From Oculina patagonica (Eukaryota): a DNA stretch of 64,000 nt. Location of the stretch: positions 8,866,001 to 8,930,000 of the forward strand of contig NC_135761.1 of the NCBI RefSeq assembly GCF_052425735.1, in the 5' to 3' direction. Below the pieces are notes generated by a model. That model saw nothing but the letters and a program-made list of their open reading frames with translations, had not been told where the DNA came from and made no database searches. Shown piece after piece: positions 62,189 to 64,000 of this stretch (positions are counted from its first letter, which is position 1; the number at the start of each line of letters is the position of its first letter). Made by a program: the position numbers and the translations under genes.

Positions 62189-63350
62189 CCTGCCTGTGTA
62201 TATCTAAACCTTTACTAAAAAAGGATTACGTTGTCCGCTACCAAATGAGAGCTGTGCCCTAGCAGAGCCCACGTGCCACAGGCAACTTACTTTTGTCTTC
62301 GGGCGACTTTTTATAACTTTGCTATCATGAAAGCTTTTAAGAGCTGGGCACCCAAATTTCTTACATCAAAGCTTTCGGGCACCCGGCCCTACAATTATTC
62401 TAAGAGCACAGCTTTCCATTGAGTTCAGTTAGTACGATTCTTCATGTAACGAGGCAGAAACAGCTACAAGAGCTTCTTTTAAAATTAAAATTAAAATAAA
62501 AACACTACAATACTTGAACCGTAACGTAAACAGCAACTGAATGTCATATGCCAAGAACGAAAGGAATATATAATGATTATATTGAAACTTCCTGCCTATC
62601 GCATGATAGCCAGGGGGTGTGCGGCGCGCTACCTAAATATTTACCCTATTTCCGACCAGATTGTACCCAAGGACTGCTTTGGTTTCCGTAAACGTTTGAC
62701 ACGTTGACAAGATCTTCAAATTCACGGCTTTTTTTTTCTTTTTTTCTTTTAATTTTTCGATAATACTGGAAAGTTTCATGGCAAACAGTTTTTGCCCCCG
62801 CAGCTGGGCCAAAACCCGAGGAGGCATCATTATGGTCCGCGCGTATATAGAGTATACATGGTATTACCAGACAAAATCTCGACTTGGCCAAAGTGCGACC
62901 GCAAGTAGTATCTGTAGGTGTGATAAAATGCCCGCAAGTAGTATCAGTAGGTGTGATAAAATCCTCTGTACGGTGATTGGTCAATGATGACGCAAGTATA
63001 CGATGATTGGGTGATGATGACAAGCCAAAGCGTAAGCACGTGCAAAAATGACAACAAGTAAACAAACAAAACTTATAAGGTTGATTGCAGTTGGGAAGAA
63101 TGTTAAAAAAAGATAATTTGAGGTTTTATTCGAGGCCTATTCATTTCACAATGTCTAAAAGCCGAAAGCAATGCAATTGTTAAAAAGACTTCGCGATAAT
63201 TAACTAAGTAACTCGCAGAGAAGTAAGAAAATCCACATTTTTACATCTGAGTGGCCAAAGAAGAAATATGTCTAGAAACACGTACGAACATATCAAGCCA
63301 TATCTTCAAATTTGTCTGCGATTTACGATAAGCAAGCCCTCGTCCAAAAC

Positions 63351-63820
63351 CGCGATTTACTAAGCGCAAACTACTTGAACGGAGAAAAGCCTTGATCAGT
63401 CTATCTCCGGACGAGATTTACAAGAAATTTAAAATAAAGATCTCGAGATAATTGTTTAAGACTCGCGGCAGGCGAAACCGGAAACCAGAAGCGAGCGACT
63501 TTTAGAAGGTCAAGCGTTTTCATTGTCAAAGGTGAGAAATTCTTTCGGTATCCTTTCCTTTTAAGTTGATCGTTGTCATGAAGCGTGATTTACAAAAAGA
63601 AAGCCTTTGTCCAACTGATCGTGATTTACTAGGCACAAACTACTTGAATGGAGAAAACTTCAAAAGTCTTGATCGGATGATATGCGGCATCAAGAAAAGA
63701 AATTCAAAAGAGATCTCGAGATGCATTGTGATTATTTAAAACTCGCGGCAGGCGTTTGCTTTGACAGAGGTAAGAAATTCTTTCGACATCCTTTTCTTTC
63801 TAAAGATTGATCATTCTCGT
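63351..63820. repeat. Diverged ~270-bp tandem duplication
   Basis: GATTTACTA.G..CAAACTACTTGAA.GGAGAAAA, AGATCTCGAGAT, ACTCGCGGCAGGCG and AGAAATTCTTTCG blocks recur from ~63351 and ~63621. Confidence 0.7.
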
Positions 63821-64000
63821 GTTATTCTTCATGCTCGGGCTCTCAGCCCATATATTTATAAAACAATTGGACCGGCTCAAATGGTAATTTTAAAACGTTT
63901 TGCTGTTTCTAAGACAAGACTTTACCACAGTGAAGTAAGTTCGATTCGAGCCCGCAAAGCGGCCCATTCAAAGCGACGAAGTCGCGAAAACGAGCCACGC

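Overview
AT-rich, intron- and MITE-rich animal DNA. Gene and repeat content suggest a cnidarian, probably a stony coral (inference). Two 500-N scaffold gaps lie at 17698-18197 and 55258-55757. All gene models were spliced by hand, with GT-AG junctions and consistent phases. (1) A 3-exon minus-strand secreted Cys-rich protein (373 aa) has tandem 4-Cys repeats and a C-terminal 10-Cys colipase-fold (Dickkopf-CRD2/prokineticin-like) domain. (2) PDCD5 is split into exons 1-3 (15.7-16.6 kb) and exons 4-6 (56.6-57.8 kb) on either side of the two gaps; the 37-kb contig between the gaps is probably mis-scaffolded. (3) The last 17 exons of CEP89 are present. (4) Nested antisense in the last CEP89 intron is a 4-exon gene for a 340-aa secreted pre-pro-protein. 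It has an NCYNYA...DYHWYRLD...WSHKPG domain with a candidate Cys-His-His papain/NlpC-P60-like triad and a bacterial-looking architecture; this is the most interesting item in the window. (5) Four near-identical intronless class A GPCRs have atypical motifs and differ mainly in TM3-TM5. Non-coding highlights are a 3.6-kb foldback-like composite element (heptamer arrays, 7-bp TSD, nested MITEs, a 5S rRNA-like cassette), a tRNA-containing insertion with Penelope-like terminal structure, and a tandem duplication with an internal micro-inversion.
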